Assembly (NCBI GenBank): GCA_965204725.1
Contig: OZ242005.1
Coordinates: 1,888,001-1,952,000 of the forward strand
Direction of reading: 5' to 3'
DNA: 64,000 bases
Source of the DNA: Candidatus Latescibacterota bacterium
GTDB lineage: Bacteria > Latescibacterota > UBA2968 > UBA8231
A program made the translations under genes and the position numbers. Position 1 is the first letter of the stretch; the number at the start of each line of letters is the position of its first letter. A model generated the notes under the pieces. That model was not told the DNA's origin. It ran no database searches and was given only the letters and a program-made list of their open reading frames with translations. Shown here piece by piece: positions 39,477 to 49,086 of this stretch.

Positions 39477-40970
39477 TCACAGCGTGTCAAAATAAGCCAC
39501 CACCGCCGTATGACCTTTCTCCACCGCCAAGGCCCGAGGCGTCCTGCCTTTGTTGTCCGTAGCCGTGCGGCTTGCCCCCTGACCCACGAGATACTTCACA
39601 ACCTCCAAATGACCCTCCCACGCCGCCCGGTGCAACGCTGTCCAACCGCCGGAGTCCGTAGCCGTGAGACTCGCCCCCTGACCCACGAGATACTTCACAA
39701 CCTCCAAATGACCCCCCGCCGCCGCCCAGTGCAGAGCCGTCCAGTGGGCTTGGAGGTTCCCCGCATAATAAGGACTAGTTGCATTCACATCCGCCCCCTG
39801 ACCCACCAAATACTTCACAACCTCCAAATAACCACCCCCCGCCGCAACTTGAAGACCCGTCCAGAAGGAGTTCACATAAAGACCAGTTCTAGCATTCACA
39901 TCCGCCCCCTGACCCACCAAATACTTCACAACCTCCAAATGATCCCCCCCAAACACCCCCCCTCCAAATTGAGCCCCCCCCCACACCGCCCAGGTAAGAG
40001 GCGTCCCAGTGTCGTAGACAGAGTTCACAGGCGACCCCTGACCTACCAAATACCGCACGACCGACAAATGACCGCCCTTCGCCGCATGGTGCAGAGCCGT
40101 CAGACCACCACCGGCTAAATAAGCCACATCCGCCCCCGCCTGTACGAACAGCTTGACAACCGCTAAGTTGCCCGCCCCAGCCGAATCAAGAAACGCCGCG
40201 CCCGTATGAGCGACACCCAGCCGCGTCAACTCAGCACGAGCCTCCGCCGCCGTCTTGGGTGCCAGATAGGTATTAACCGCTGTTTGTCCTGAAAGATCGG
40301 CGGTCTGGGTAGGCGTCAAGCCGTCACTGGAGGTGATCGTAAGATCGGCTCCTTGCCCTTCCAGATATTTCACAATCGTCAAGTGCCCATAGGCCGCCGC
40401 GTAATGCAACGGTGTCTCGCTCGCTGTGTTCTTAGCATCGACACTCGCCCCTTGACCGACAAGGTCCCGCACCATCAAAAGATTTCCTGACGCAACCGCC
40501 GCATGAAGCGGCGTGTCCCCCGCCCCGTCCGTACTGCTGACGCTCGCACCCTGACCGACAAGGTACGTAACCACAGCGAGATGACCGCCACGGGCCGCCG
40601 CATGAAGCGCAGTCCGTACCCGACCAATACCCGCGACGGTGACAAGAGCTTGCCCCTCTTTGTCGATCCCCGCCTGTACAAACGACGTGACCGCAGCCAG
40701 ATCGCCCGCCGCCGCCGCCAGAATAAACGCCGCAAGCGACGAACCTGCGGAAGTGTACTTGCTTTGGGCCTTCAGACTGGCCCACACCGAATCAGGCGTC
40801 ACAGCAGAGGTCGAAGGAGGGGTCGAAGGAGGGGTCGTAGCAGGCGTCGAACTATCGTCCGTTGCGATCTTGGCCGCGGGTTCGCTTGACGGCGCGATGG
40901 GTTTCGTATCCGTGCTACAACCGGCCACTACGACCGCCAGACACGCGAGTATTCCGAATAACGGGTTCAT
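39477..40970 (-). CDS. Ankyrin-repeat lipoprotein
   Basis: Lipobox VVAGC, Pro/Ser/Thr linker, about ten TxLHxAAxxGHLxVVKYLVGQGA repeats. Confidence 0.93.
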   Translation of the reverse strand: MNPLFGILACLAVVVAGCSTDTKPIAPSSEPAAKIATDDSSTPATTPPSTPPSTSAVTPDSVWASLKAQSKYTSAGSSLAAFILAAAAGDLAAVTSFVQAGIDKEGQALVTVAGIGRVRTALHAAARGGHLAVVTYLVGQGASVSSTDGAGDTPLHAAVASGNLLMVRDLVGQGASVDAKNTASETPLHYAAAYGHLTIVKYLEGQGADLTITSSDGLTPTQTADLSGQTAVNTYLAPKTAAEARAELTRLGVAHTGAAFLDSAGAGNLAVVKLFVQAGADVAYLAGGGLTALHHAAKGGHLSVVRYLVGQGSPVNSVYDTGTPLTWAVWGGAQFGGGVFGGDHLEVVKYLVGQGADVNARTGLYVNSFWTGLQVAAGGGYLEVVKYLVGQGADVNATSPYYAGNLQAHWTALHWAAAGGHLEVVKYLVGQGASLTATDSGGWTALHRAAWEGHLEVVKYLVGQGASRTATDNKGRTPRALAVEKGHTAVVAYFDTL

Positions 40971-41220
40971 AGGATGCTCTCCTTAGAGTAAGGTGAAAGG
41001 TGAACGACGTAACTCAAGGTTGATTTTATCTGGGGAAGGTCCGCACCGTGCAACCGCGCATACCGGCGCACCCATAGCGGCTCCCAAGCATACTCCGCGG
41101 TGGCAATAGAGCCGTACAGACCGCTGCCCACTCGGCACCGAAATGGCTCGCCAAGCGGCAGCAAAGCGATCCTCCGGCCCTTGATGGGGCTTAAAAACTC
41201 GTAGCCTAAAGGCCGAAAAT

Positions 41221-41385
41221 GGGGGGGGGGGGGGGGGGGGTAACTTCTTGTCTTACAACGACTTACGACGATTTTCTTAGGCGAAATTTTAGGACTGGAA
41301 GCAGATGTAACTATCGCGGCGGGCTTTGCCGGCGGCAACGTCGTCGCAAATGTGGGGTGATTTCTCATCTTCCAGTTCGTCCTTC
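41221..41385 (-). promoter_or_regulatory. Conserved leader element with palindrome and C20 tract (copy 1, upstream of ankyrin gene)
   Basis: G20 at 41221-41240; reverse complement aligns with 42392-42548. Confidence 0.6.
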
Positions 41386-41593
41386 CGATGGGCGGAACAG
41401 CAGGCTCCGCTTCAGCGGCTACAAGCATAAGGAAACGCCAAGGCTTGTCAAGAGAAAGTTCAGCACACCCTGCCGCAAGCCGCGTCCCTTCCACGGCGAT
41501 GCCTCAATCGTCAGGCCGCGCAAGACCGTCCCCCCATGCCTCGACACGGGGCGGCAAGCCATAAAAGCGTCCGGCCCGAACAACTGAAATGTT

Positions 41594-42254
41594 CTTGCGC
41601 TTGCGCGGGATATAGACGTGACGCGCCGCTCATTTTCACTTATCTTGCAAGTATGGCCCAAACGCTTTCAGGCCATACCCAAACAGCCCCCCGAACCCCT
41701 CACTCGAAAGGAGTGAATCATGACGGAACAACCCCTCCCCCTCCCTCAAACGCAAGACCGTGACCTCCGTCTTGGCCGGTTAGAAGGCCTTGCCGATCAA
41801 TTCGTCGAGCAAAGCCGCGAGACCAACGTCCGCTTAGGCCGCATGGAGCAAACCATTGCCGAGCAAGGCCGCCGCATCGACGAGCAAGGCCGCGACCTGC
41901 GGCAAGAGATCGCCGAGCAAGGGCAGCAGACGAACGCTCGCTTTGACCGCATGGAGCAAACCATCGACGAGCAAGGCCGCGACCTGCGGCAAGAGATCGC
42001 CGCACAAGGGCAGCAGACGAACGCTCGCTTTGACCGCATGGAGCAAGCTATCGACAAGCAAAGGCACCGTATTGATGTGCTGACGCGGTGGTTGGTGGGG
42101 ATGCAGGTGGCTAGCTTGGTGGCGTTGGGGACGTTGATTTTGGTGCGGTTGCCCTGATCTAGCCGCCCCCCCTACGTCGCCAGCGACGCGACCACAGCCT
42201 TCCTGTCATACTGAGCGTAGCGAAGTATCTCATACCCAACACTCCATACAGAAC
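41594..42254 (+). repeat. Long inverted repeat, left arm
   Basis: Upstream region + coiled-coil gene + REP-B; reverse complement at about 47475-48123. Confidence 0.88.
41720..42157 (+). CDS. Coiled-coil repeat protein with C-terminal TM anchor (DUF1640/CCDC90-like architecture)
   Basis: AAGGAG RBS; IDEQGRDLRQEIAEQG repeats; hydrophobic C-terminus WLVGMQVASLVALGTLILVRLP. Confidence 0.8.
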   Translation: MTEQPLPLPQTQDRDLRLGRLEGLADQFVEQSRETNVRLGRMEQTIAEQGRRIDEQGRDLRQEIAEQGQQTNARFDRMEQTIDEQGRDLRQEIAAQGQQTNARFDRMEQAIDKQRHRIDVLTRWLVGMQVASLVALGTLILVRLP

Positions 42255-42391
42255 ATCCCTTATAACTGCCTCGAAAGCATGTAAAGATGCTTCGGCTGCG
42301 CTGCGCTGCGCTCAGCAGGACACACGGGCGGCCTTTGCGGGCGGGGGTTTTTCGGCATATTTTGGTGTTTTATGAATGAGCAGAATGAACA

Positions 42392-42548
42392 GGGACGAAT
42401 CAGGAAGATGGTAAATCAACTGAATTATGAGAGGATGTTGGCGGCGGGGCAGCCGGCCGCGATGACCGCATCCTGCTTTCAATGTCAAGACTTAATAATT
42501 CGTCGTAACTTATTGAAAGACAAGCATTTACCCCCCCCCCCCCCCCCC
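42392..42548 (+). promoter_or_regulatory. Conserved leader element with palindrome and C18 tract (copy 2, upstream of adhesin gene)
   Basis: C18 at 42531-42548 preceded by CGTCGTAACTTATTGAAAGACAAGCATTTA. Confidence 0.6.
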
Positions 42549-42738
42549 ACGACAGCAGCGACGCGGCCACAGGCTTCCGGCTTCCTGTCATACTGAGCGG
42601 AGCGAAGTATCTCATACCGGCAGGGCGCGTGGGGGACGGTCTGGCGCGGGATGACGGATCGCCTCCCCCCCTTTGTGCCTTTTGTGCCTTTTGTGGCTAT
42701 CTTTTGGTCCTTCCCGACACGTCAAACGCAACTTATGC

Positions 42739-42766
42739 TTGCAAAAATAGCCTTTTTTAGCATAAT
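42739..42766 (+). promoter_or_regulatory. Candidate sigma70 promoter of the adhesin gene
   Basis: TTGCAA-N16-CATAAT in AT-rich DNA; AGGAGG RBS downstream. Confidence 0.4.
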
Positions 42767-42833
42767 TATTGAATGGCTTGAATAACCTAAAAACGTCTCT
42801 TTGTATTCTTTGCATTCCACAGGAGGTTGAACG

Positions 42834-45800
42834 ATGACATCCATGAAGTTTTTTGCATACCGGCCCTACGCTCTTTCCCTGCTCGTCGCGGGCTTGGTGC
42901 TGGGGTGGGCTGGCTCGGCGGCAGCGGACATTACGCTGTCGGTAGATAAACCTACCATACGCGAGGAGGACGGCCGGACTGAGATTACGGTGACTGCCGA
43001 AAGCAACACGAAGGTGACAGCAAATACGGTGGTCTCCCTGAAACTGGGTGCCCGGACTTTCGATTTATTCCCCGGGAATATCCTCCCCAACGGAGTAGGG
43101 AATGTCAGCCCCGGCCACACTGTAGATGAACATGGTCGTTGGACGGGTTATGGGCAGCCTTGGTGGGCCTTTGGAGGTGCGGACCGTAGGCGAGGTGCTC
43201 GCCTGACTCCGCAGACAAAGCCGGGGGGGGATTGGAAAGACTGGTTCAATAGTCGCGCCCATGTCAATGACCGCTTCGCCATCACGCTGCCGACGCTCGT
43301 CATTCCGAAGGACCAGAAAAAGGCGACCGGCACCATTATCCTCACGCCTGTCGATAACGACGAGCGCGGTTTTTATAATACCTATGATGACTTCACCCAG
43401 CCTTTTGGCCTTGATCAACGAGAAGATATTGATTTTGTATTCGAGGGAGGACAAGTCTACTTTAGAGTCGATGGTGTTCTATACCCCGACGACGGGGTCG
43501 GTACTGAACAGGCGTACCGCATAAGAAGACAGCGCGGCACCCTCCTGGGCCGCCGCTATCCCGATCTTATCATTAAAATTGACGGCCTTGCCGGTAGCGA
43601 TCCGGTTAATACGGTTAATCGGACGGAGATTCGCGTGACGGACGACGAAAAGCTAACCAATCAGGTAAACCTTTCGTTTTCGCCGGCCAGTCTGAGCAAG
43701 GACGCGGGGCCGACCGAGGTTACCGTGACCGCGACCTTAAACGGCGGTACGCTGCGGTCGGACCAAACCTTTACCTTGATCCATAAAACGCAGTTCCCCG
43801 GTGCTCATTACGAGAATTTCCCGCCGGGTGTTCGTGCGTCCGATGTACTGACGCGCGATACGGATTACTCGGCGACGTCCGCGTCGCTAACCATACGCCG
43901 GAATAAGCCATCGGGGAAGGCGACGATTACCATCGATCCCAAAGGCAAGGTTGGCTACATCGCGCTCGCGGCGGGGACGGAGCGGCTGGTCCTCACGGGC
44001 ATTGACTTGAATCTCGATGGGGATATGAGCGACTCGCTGGCGCTTAGTAAAGTAAGCCGGTTCGTCGATAGTAATACTAAGCGACCCGACCGCGCCGTTT
44101 TCTTCAACGAAGAAGGTTTAGGCTGCACCCCCACGACCTCCGGCGAACCCCTGTCCCAACACGATCTCAACTTTGATGGCCGCTGCGATGGCATTATTCG
44201 GGAAGGGAGAATCGGCATCGACCTGAACGGTGATGGGAGGATTGAGTATGCTAACATTAATCAGGTGATAAACTTTGGTACGGGTCAAGCGATTCGACAA
44301 AATTTAGGGATTGGTGCTCAGATGGTCCTATTTGGCCAACTAGGCAATGCTGACAATCGCGACCCCAATCGCGACGGCGGAGCCCTGCTGCTGGCTGCGA
44401 TAGCGGCTAAAAGGGTCCCTTGGATCGCTGACCGGGGTGCTCAGTTTAGCACCGAGTACAATCCTAATACTGGTGTTCCATGGGAGCTACCGGTTGTCCC
44501 AGGTGGTACCCGTCCCGATGAGTGGCCTACGTCGAATCCGAGGTTTGTGTTAGTTGAAAGCAAACTGCCGCAGTATATTGAGTTTCCCCACCATCTCTTT
44601 GAGATAACGGACACCCCCGTTGTCACGCTCAAAAGCGCGACCGACGGCCTGACCGCCACGCCTGCGACAATCCGCGAGGGCGCCGGTCGGCAAGAAATCG
44701 CCCTGAAGGTCACCTTGAAGGACGCCGTAGCGTCGGATACGCGAGTGACGTTCACCATCAACCCGCAAGAGGGTCGCCGCGACATAGACTACACGGTCGT
44801 CTTGAGCGATCTCGTCGTGCCCAAAGGCCAAACCTCGGCCTCGACGACGCTGGTTCTCACCCCAGTCGATAACGAGGTAGTGAACGACGCGCGGACCTTC
44901 GATGTAGTCGCCTCGGTCGGCGAGTCCGCCACCGACGCCACCGCGACGATCACCATTGTAGATGACGAGACGCAGAGCACGCAGATCATGCTGACGGCCA
45001 GTCCGGCGGAACTCAAGGCTGGCACCGGCGCCAACAACGTCACGATCACCGGCACGTTAGACGGCCAATCCTTCGACGAGGACGTGGACATAGTCTTAGT
45101 CGTCACCACCGATACGGACGCCGACGGCGATGTGGACGACGCCGATAAAGCCGCCACCCGCGACACCGAATACACGGCGATCTTGCGCGGCCTGACGATT
45201 GAGGCGGGCGAAGTCAGCGGCACAACCACTGTGTCCGTAACCCCCCTCGCGGGCGGCGACAAAAAGATCGGCCTAACCGCCCTAAAAAGCCCGGTCAAGA
45301 ACGATGACGACGAGGACGTCACCGTCACCACAACCGTCATAACCCTGAAAGACGGCGACCCAGAGACCGGGCCGGGCATCCTTGCTTTCGACGAGGACGT
45401 CGACGTCGTCTCCACCGTGTTTGAATACGTAGTCGGCACGGCCATTGAGCCGTACGTCCTACCCGCGGCCACCGGCGGCATTGGCGACAAGACCTACAGC
45501 GTGTCCGCCACCCTGCCCGCCGGTCTAGTCTTCGACGCAGAAACGCGCACCCTGTCGGGCACGCCGCTGACAGCGGGCGACGCCACCGTCGTGTACACAG
45601 TCATCGACAGCGCCCCCGACCCAGTCAACACTGCCGTCCTCAGCCTGACCTTTGAGATCGGCACGGCCCCGCCCGCCACCGTGCGCGTCGCCAGCATCAC
45701 CTCGACGCATTCGTCCATCCGCGAGAACGGCGAGACCACCGCCATCCTCCTAACGGCGACGCTAGCCGCTCCCGCCCCCAGAGCCGAGACCATCCTGTTC

Positions 45801-47267
45801 ACCATTGCCGCCCCCAGTTCCGGCACCCCCGCCGTGCGCGACGCCGATTACACCGCCGTCATCGGCGGCTCCGTCGTCATCGCCGCCGGCGAAACACAGG
45901 GCCGGACGCTGCTCACCCTCACCCCCCTCGACAACGAGGAAGTCGATGGCAACAAGTACCTAGGCGCGCAAGCCTCCGCTTCCGGCGGCTCCGCCCAAAC
46001 CGACATCAAAATCGCCGACGACGAGACGCCCAGCACGTCCCTGTCGCTGGAGGTAACGCCGCACACCCTCAGCGAGGACGCTGGTGTGACGCAACTGACC
46101 GTCACCGCCATGCTAGACGGCAAAGCCCTCGACGCCGCTGCAACCGTAACCCTTTCCATTGACCCAGAATCGGCTGCCACCCGCGATTTAGACTACTCTG
46201 CGTTGTACAACCCCTCGCTGTCCATCCCGGCCGGTTCCACCTCCGGTTCGATCACCCTGCTGATCGACCCGACGGCTGACAACGAGGACGAAGGCAACGA
46301 GACGATCACCCTCACCGCTTCTGCTGAGGGCCTAACGAGCGCCTCCGCCCACATCACGCTCGCCGACGCTGGCACAGAGGCGACGCTTCCCCCGGAAGCC
46401 ACCCCTCTGTCCTTCGCCGACGGCACGTCAATCGCCGACCAAAAATACACCGCCGGTACGGAGATCAGCGCTATGGAACTCCCAGCGGCCGTTGGCGGCG
46501 TCGGCGACATAGCCTATAGCGTGTCGGACCTGCCTTCCGGCCTGTCCTTCGACGCTGCCACGCGGACGATTTCGGGTACACCCGACGCGGCCACCGACGA
46601 ACCTGTCGAAATCACCTACACCGCCGCCGACGGCACGGGAGCCTCCGCCACGTTGACCTTCTCCATCACAGTCAACGCCGAGATAACCTTCGACCTAGTC
46701 TTCTTCGGCGCCGGCAAGCTCGTCCCAACCGCTTCCGACGACGGTGCTTCCATCCCCGAGTTCATCTCCGGTCAGCCGGTCAATGCCTTCACGCTCCCTT
46801 CCGCCACCGGCGGCACCGAGCCGCTGACCTACACCCTTTCTCCAGACCTCCCAGCGGGCCTGTCCTTCGACGCTGCCACCCGCACGATTTCCGGTACGCC
46901 GCAGTCCGAAGGCTCCCCCGTTTACATCTACACGGTGACGGACGCCCTCGGTGCCAGCGTAACAATGCAGCTTCAGACGCGCCCCGCCGCCTTCGCGCTC
47001 GCAACCAACTACCCCAACCCCTTCAACCCGGCGACGACGATCCAGTACGCCCTGCCGCAACCGGCCGACGTGCAGCTAACGGTCTATAATGTAGTAGGCC
47101 AAGTCGTGCGGACGCTGGTGGCTGAGCACCAAGCTGCCGGCCGCTATCTAGTCGCTTGGGACGCCACCAACGACAACGGCCAAAGCCTGTCAGCAGGGGT
47201 TTACTTCTACCGCTTGCAGGCCGGCGGCGAGTTCCACGCCGTAAGGAAGATGCTGTTGCTCAAGTAA
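42834..47267 (+). CDS. Large secreted adhesin-like protein: Calx-beta-like repeats, putative Ig (He_PIG) domains, C-terminal FlgD-Ig/T9SS-type-A-like domain
   Basis: Signal peptide; repeated ATRDxDY...LTIPAG...TLTPxDN modules; three LPxGLxFDAxTRTxSGTP; NYPNPFNP...GVYFYRL...KMLLLK. Confidence 0.88.
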   Translation: MTSMKFFAYRPYALSLLVAGLVLGWAGSAAADITLSVDKPTIREEDGRTEITVTAESNTKVTANTVVSLKLGARTFDLFPGNILPNGVGNVSPGHTVDEHGRWTGYGQPWWAFGGADRRRGARLTPQTKPGGDWKDWFNSRAHVNDRFAITLPTLVIPKDQKKATGTIILTPVDNDERGFYNTYDDFTQPFGLDQREDIDFVFEGGQVYFRVDGVLYPDDGVGTEQAYRIRRQRGTLLGRRYPDLIIKIDGLAGSDPVNTVNRTEIRVTDDEKLTNQVNLSFSPASLSKDAGPTEVTVTATLNGGTLRSDQTFTLIHKTQFPGAHYENFPPGVRASDVLTRDTDYSATSASLTIRRNKPSGKATITIDPKGKVGYIALAAGTERLVLTGIDLNLDGDMSDSLALSKVSRFVDSNTKRPDRAVFFNEEGLGCTPTTSGEPLSQHDLNFDGRCDGIIREGRIGIDLNGDGRIEYANINQVINFGTGQAIRQNLGIGAQMVLFGQLGNADNRDPNRDGGALLLAAIAAKRVPWIADRGAQFSTEYNPNTGVPWELPVVPGGTRPDEWPTSNPRFVLVESKLPQYIEFPHHLFEITDTPVVTLKSATDGLTATPATIREGAGRQEIALKVTLKDAVASDTRVTFTINPQEGRRDIDYTVVLSDLVVPKGQTSASTTLVLTPVDNEVVNDARTFDVVASVGESATDATATITIVDDETQSTQIMLTASPAELKAGTGANNVTITGTLDGQSFDEDVDIVLVVTTDTDADGDVDDADKAATRDTEYTAILRGLTIEAGEVSGTTTVSVTPLAGGDKKIGLTALKSPVKNDDDEDVTVTTTVITLKDGDPETGPGILAFDEDVDVVSTVFEYVVGTAIEPYVLPAATGGIGDKTYSVSATLPAGLVFDAETRTLSGTPLTAGDATVVYTVIDSAPDPVNTAVLSLTFEIGTAPPATVRVASITSTHSSIRENGETTAILLTATLAAPAPRAETILFTIAAPSSGTPAVRDADYTAVIGGSVVIAAGETQGRTLLTLTPLDNEEVDGNKYLGAQASASGGSAQTDIKIADDETPSTSLSLEVTPHTLSEDAGVTQLTVTAMLDGKALDAAATVTLSIDPESAATRDLDYSALYNPSLSIPAGSTSGSITLLIDPTADNEDEGNETITLTASAEGLTSASAHITLADAGTEATLPPEATPLSFADGTSIADQKYTAGTEISAMELPAAVGGVGDIAYSVSDLPSGLSFDAATRTISGTPDAATDEPVEITYTAADGTGASATLTFSITVNAEITFDLVFFGAGKLVPTASDDGASIPEFISGQPVNAFTLPSATGGTEPLTYTLSPDLPAGLSFDAATRTISGTPQSEGSPVYIYTVTDALGASVTMQLQTRPAAFALATNYPNPFNPATTIQYALPQPADVQLTVYNVVGQVVRTLVAEHQAAGRYLVAWDATNDNGQSLSAGVYFYRLQAGGEFHAVRKMLLLK

Positions 47268-47327
47268 TCGTCCTTCCCGCTCCGTGTTAGGTCACGGGGC
47301 GGGAATCCACCGACCCCCCAAGTTCAT

Positions 47328-47372
47328 AAAATGGGGCCTCTCTCCACCAGAGCAGAGGCCCCATTTTTCTTT
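47328..47372 (+). terminator. Intrinsic terminator
   Basis: AAAATGGGGCCTCT / AGAGGCCCCATTTT stem followed by T-rich tail, after the adhesin stop. Confidence 0.8.
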
Positions 47373-47474
47373 CTAATAATAGACGTGAAGTTGTTGCGTT
47401 TCCTTACGGACTGACGCACGGGAAAGGCCAGAAGATAGCCACAAAAGGCACAAAGAGGGCGAGGGCAAATTGCA

Positions 47475-48123
47475 AGTTCTGCATGGAGTGTTGGGTATGA
47501 GATACTTCGCTACGCTCAGTATGACGAGGGCTGGGGCCGCGTCGGTGGCGTCGTAGGGGGGGGGCGTCGTCGTAGGGGGGGATGGTCGCGTCGTAGGGGG
47601 GGATGGTCGCGTCGTAGAGCGGCTAAGTTAAGGCAACCGCACCAAGATCAACGTCCCCAACGCCACCAAGCTAGCGATTTGCATCCCAACCAACCAGCGC
47701 GTCAGCGTCTCAATCCGACGCCCTGCGCGTCAATCCGACGCCCCTGCGCGGCGATCTCTTGCCGCAGTTCGCTGCCTTGCGCGTCGATACGGTTGCCTTG
47801 CTCGGCAATGGCTTGCCGCAGTTCGCGCCCTTGCTCGTCGATGCGGCTGCCTTGGGCGTCGATGGTTTGCTCCATGCGGCCTAAGCGGACGTTGGTCTCG
47901 CGGCTTTGCTCAACGAATTGATCGGCAAGGCCTTCTAACCGGCCAAGGCGGAGGTCACGGTCTTGCGTTTGAGTGAGGGGGAGGGGTTGTTCCGTCATGA
48001 TTCACTCCTTTCGAGTGAGGGGTTTCGGGGGGCTGTTTGGGTATGGCCTGAGAGCGTTTGGGCCATACTTGCAAGATAAGTGAAAATCAGCGGCGCGTCA
48101 CATCTATTCCCGCGAAAGCGGGA
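47475..48123 (-). repeat. Long inverted repeat, right arm
   Basis: Reverse complement of about 41594-42254; includes a local ~21 bp tandem expansion at 47550-47617. Confidence 0.88.
47628..47998 (-). pseudogene. Frameshifted paralog of the 41720 coiled-coil/TM gene
   Basis: Same N-terminus; one G missing at 47721-47723 (CAGGGCGT vs CAGGGGCGT in the preceding repeat); the TM tail continues in another frame to TAA at 47628. Confidence 0.75.
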
Positions 48124-48196
48124 ACCAGAAACGGGGGGACGTTTTTGCGTGGGAAGGACGGAGAACACGACCCAAGGGGGGGTTGCAGACCGCGCC

Positions 48197-49063
48197 TCAC
48201 AAAAAGCGCGTAATGCCAAAGCCCATGCGCCAGTTGTCCGGGGCCGCGTCGTCGGGTGCTCCGACCAAATACTGGGCTGGACTCAGGCGCGTATTGTTGG
48301 TGGCGAACACGTAGAAGGTATGCCCCCCGGTATCGATGGACAGGCCCCAAGCGAGCGAATTGTGGGATCGGCCGGCGTCGCCCGGCAATAAAATGCCTTG
48401 GTATCCCGCCAAGGTCGGGCTGTACTCCAACCACACGCCCCATCTAGCGTCAAAGTAATACTGGACGTAGGTCCCCAGCGTAAAGGTGTACTGGGTATCG
48501 ACGCTGAAGATGGCGCTGTTGTACAAATAGGAGGGCACCACCCCTAGGCCCAACCTCTCGTCGAGCAGCGCGTTGAAGATCAATTGCCCGTAGTACTGAA
48601 AATTGTCCGCCGCAGTAGCATCGCGCTCGACAAGGGCCGGCATATCCGTATTCCAAGCCACGCCGGCGTTGAAGGCCAAGACCGCTGGCAAACGCTCGTG
48701 GGGAAATTGCCGCCAATGGTACTGCAACTGTAGGTCCAAATTGTCCAGCACATTACTCCGCCCCAAGGTCGCCATCAGCCGGTCGCTGAGGCCGTAGCTA
48801 AGCGAGGTGCGGATATTGGCCGGCCCATCAAAACCGAAATTGGCCTGATAGCCCTCGTCAATGGGCGGGAAAAAGCGGTGCGAGATCTCGTAGTGGAAAT
48901 CGCCTTGGGACAACGTCTCAGCGGTGGGATAATTGGCCGTCTTAATAGCCCGGAACAACGCCAGCCGCGTCTCGGCTGGGGCACCGGCCTGCCAAGACGG
49001 CTGGGCACTAGCCAAGGCCGGTACTAGCCCACCCCAGACAACCCCCAACCACAAGACGTGCAT
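48197..49063 (-). CDS. DUF5777-family outer-membrane beta-barrel protein
   Basis: ISHRF, FGFDG, SYGLSDRL, IDTGGHTF..F.TN, GFGITR terminal strand. Confidence 0.8.
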   Translation of the reverse strand: MHVLWLGVVWGGLVPALASAQPSWQAGAPAETRLALFRAIKTANYPTAETLSQGDFHYEISHRFFPPIDEGYQANFGFDGPANIRTSLSYGLSDRLMATLGRSNVLDNLDLQLQYHWRQFPHERLPAVLAFNAGVAWNTDMPALVERDATAADNFQYYGQLIFNALLDERLGLGVVPSYLYNSAIFSVDTQYTFTLGTYVQYYFDARWGVWLEYSPTLAGYQGILLPGDAGRSHNSLAWGLSIDTGGHTFYVFATNNTRLSPAQYLVGAPDDAAPDNWRMGFGITRFL

Positions 49064-49086
49064 GTTCACGGTCAATCCCTCCGGCT

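Noticed and set aside
40967-41494. 175-aa ORF through the poly-C tract (and the 74-aa ORF at 42372-42596)
   Set aside because: The two homologous leaders do not keep a common reading frame along their length, so conservation looks nucleotide-level; not annotated as CDS
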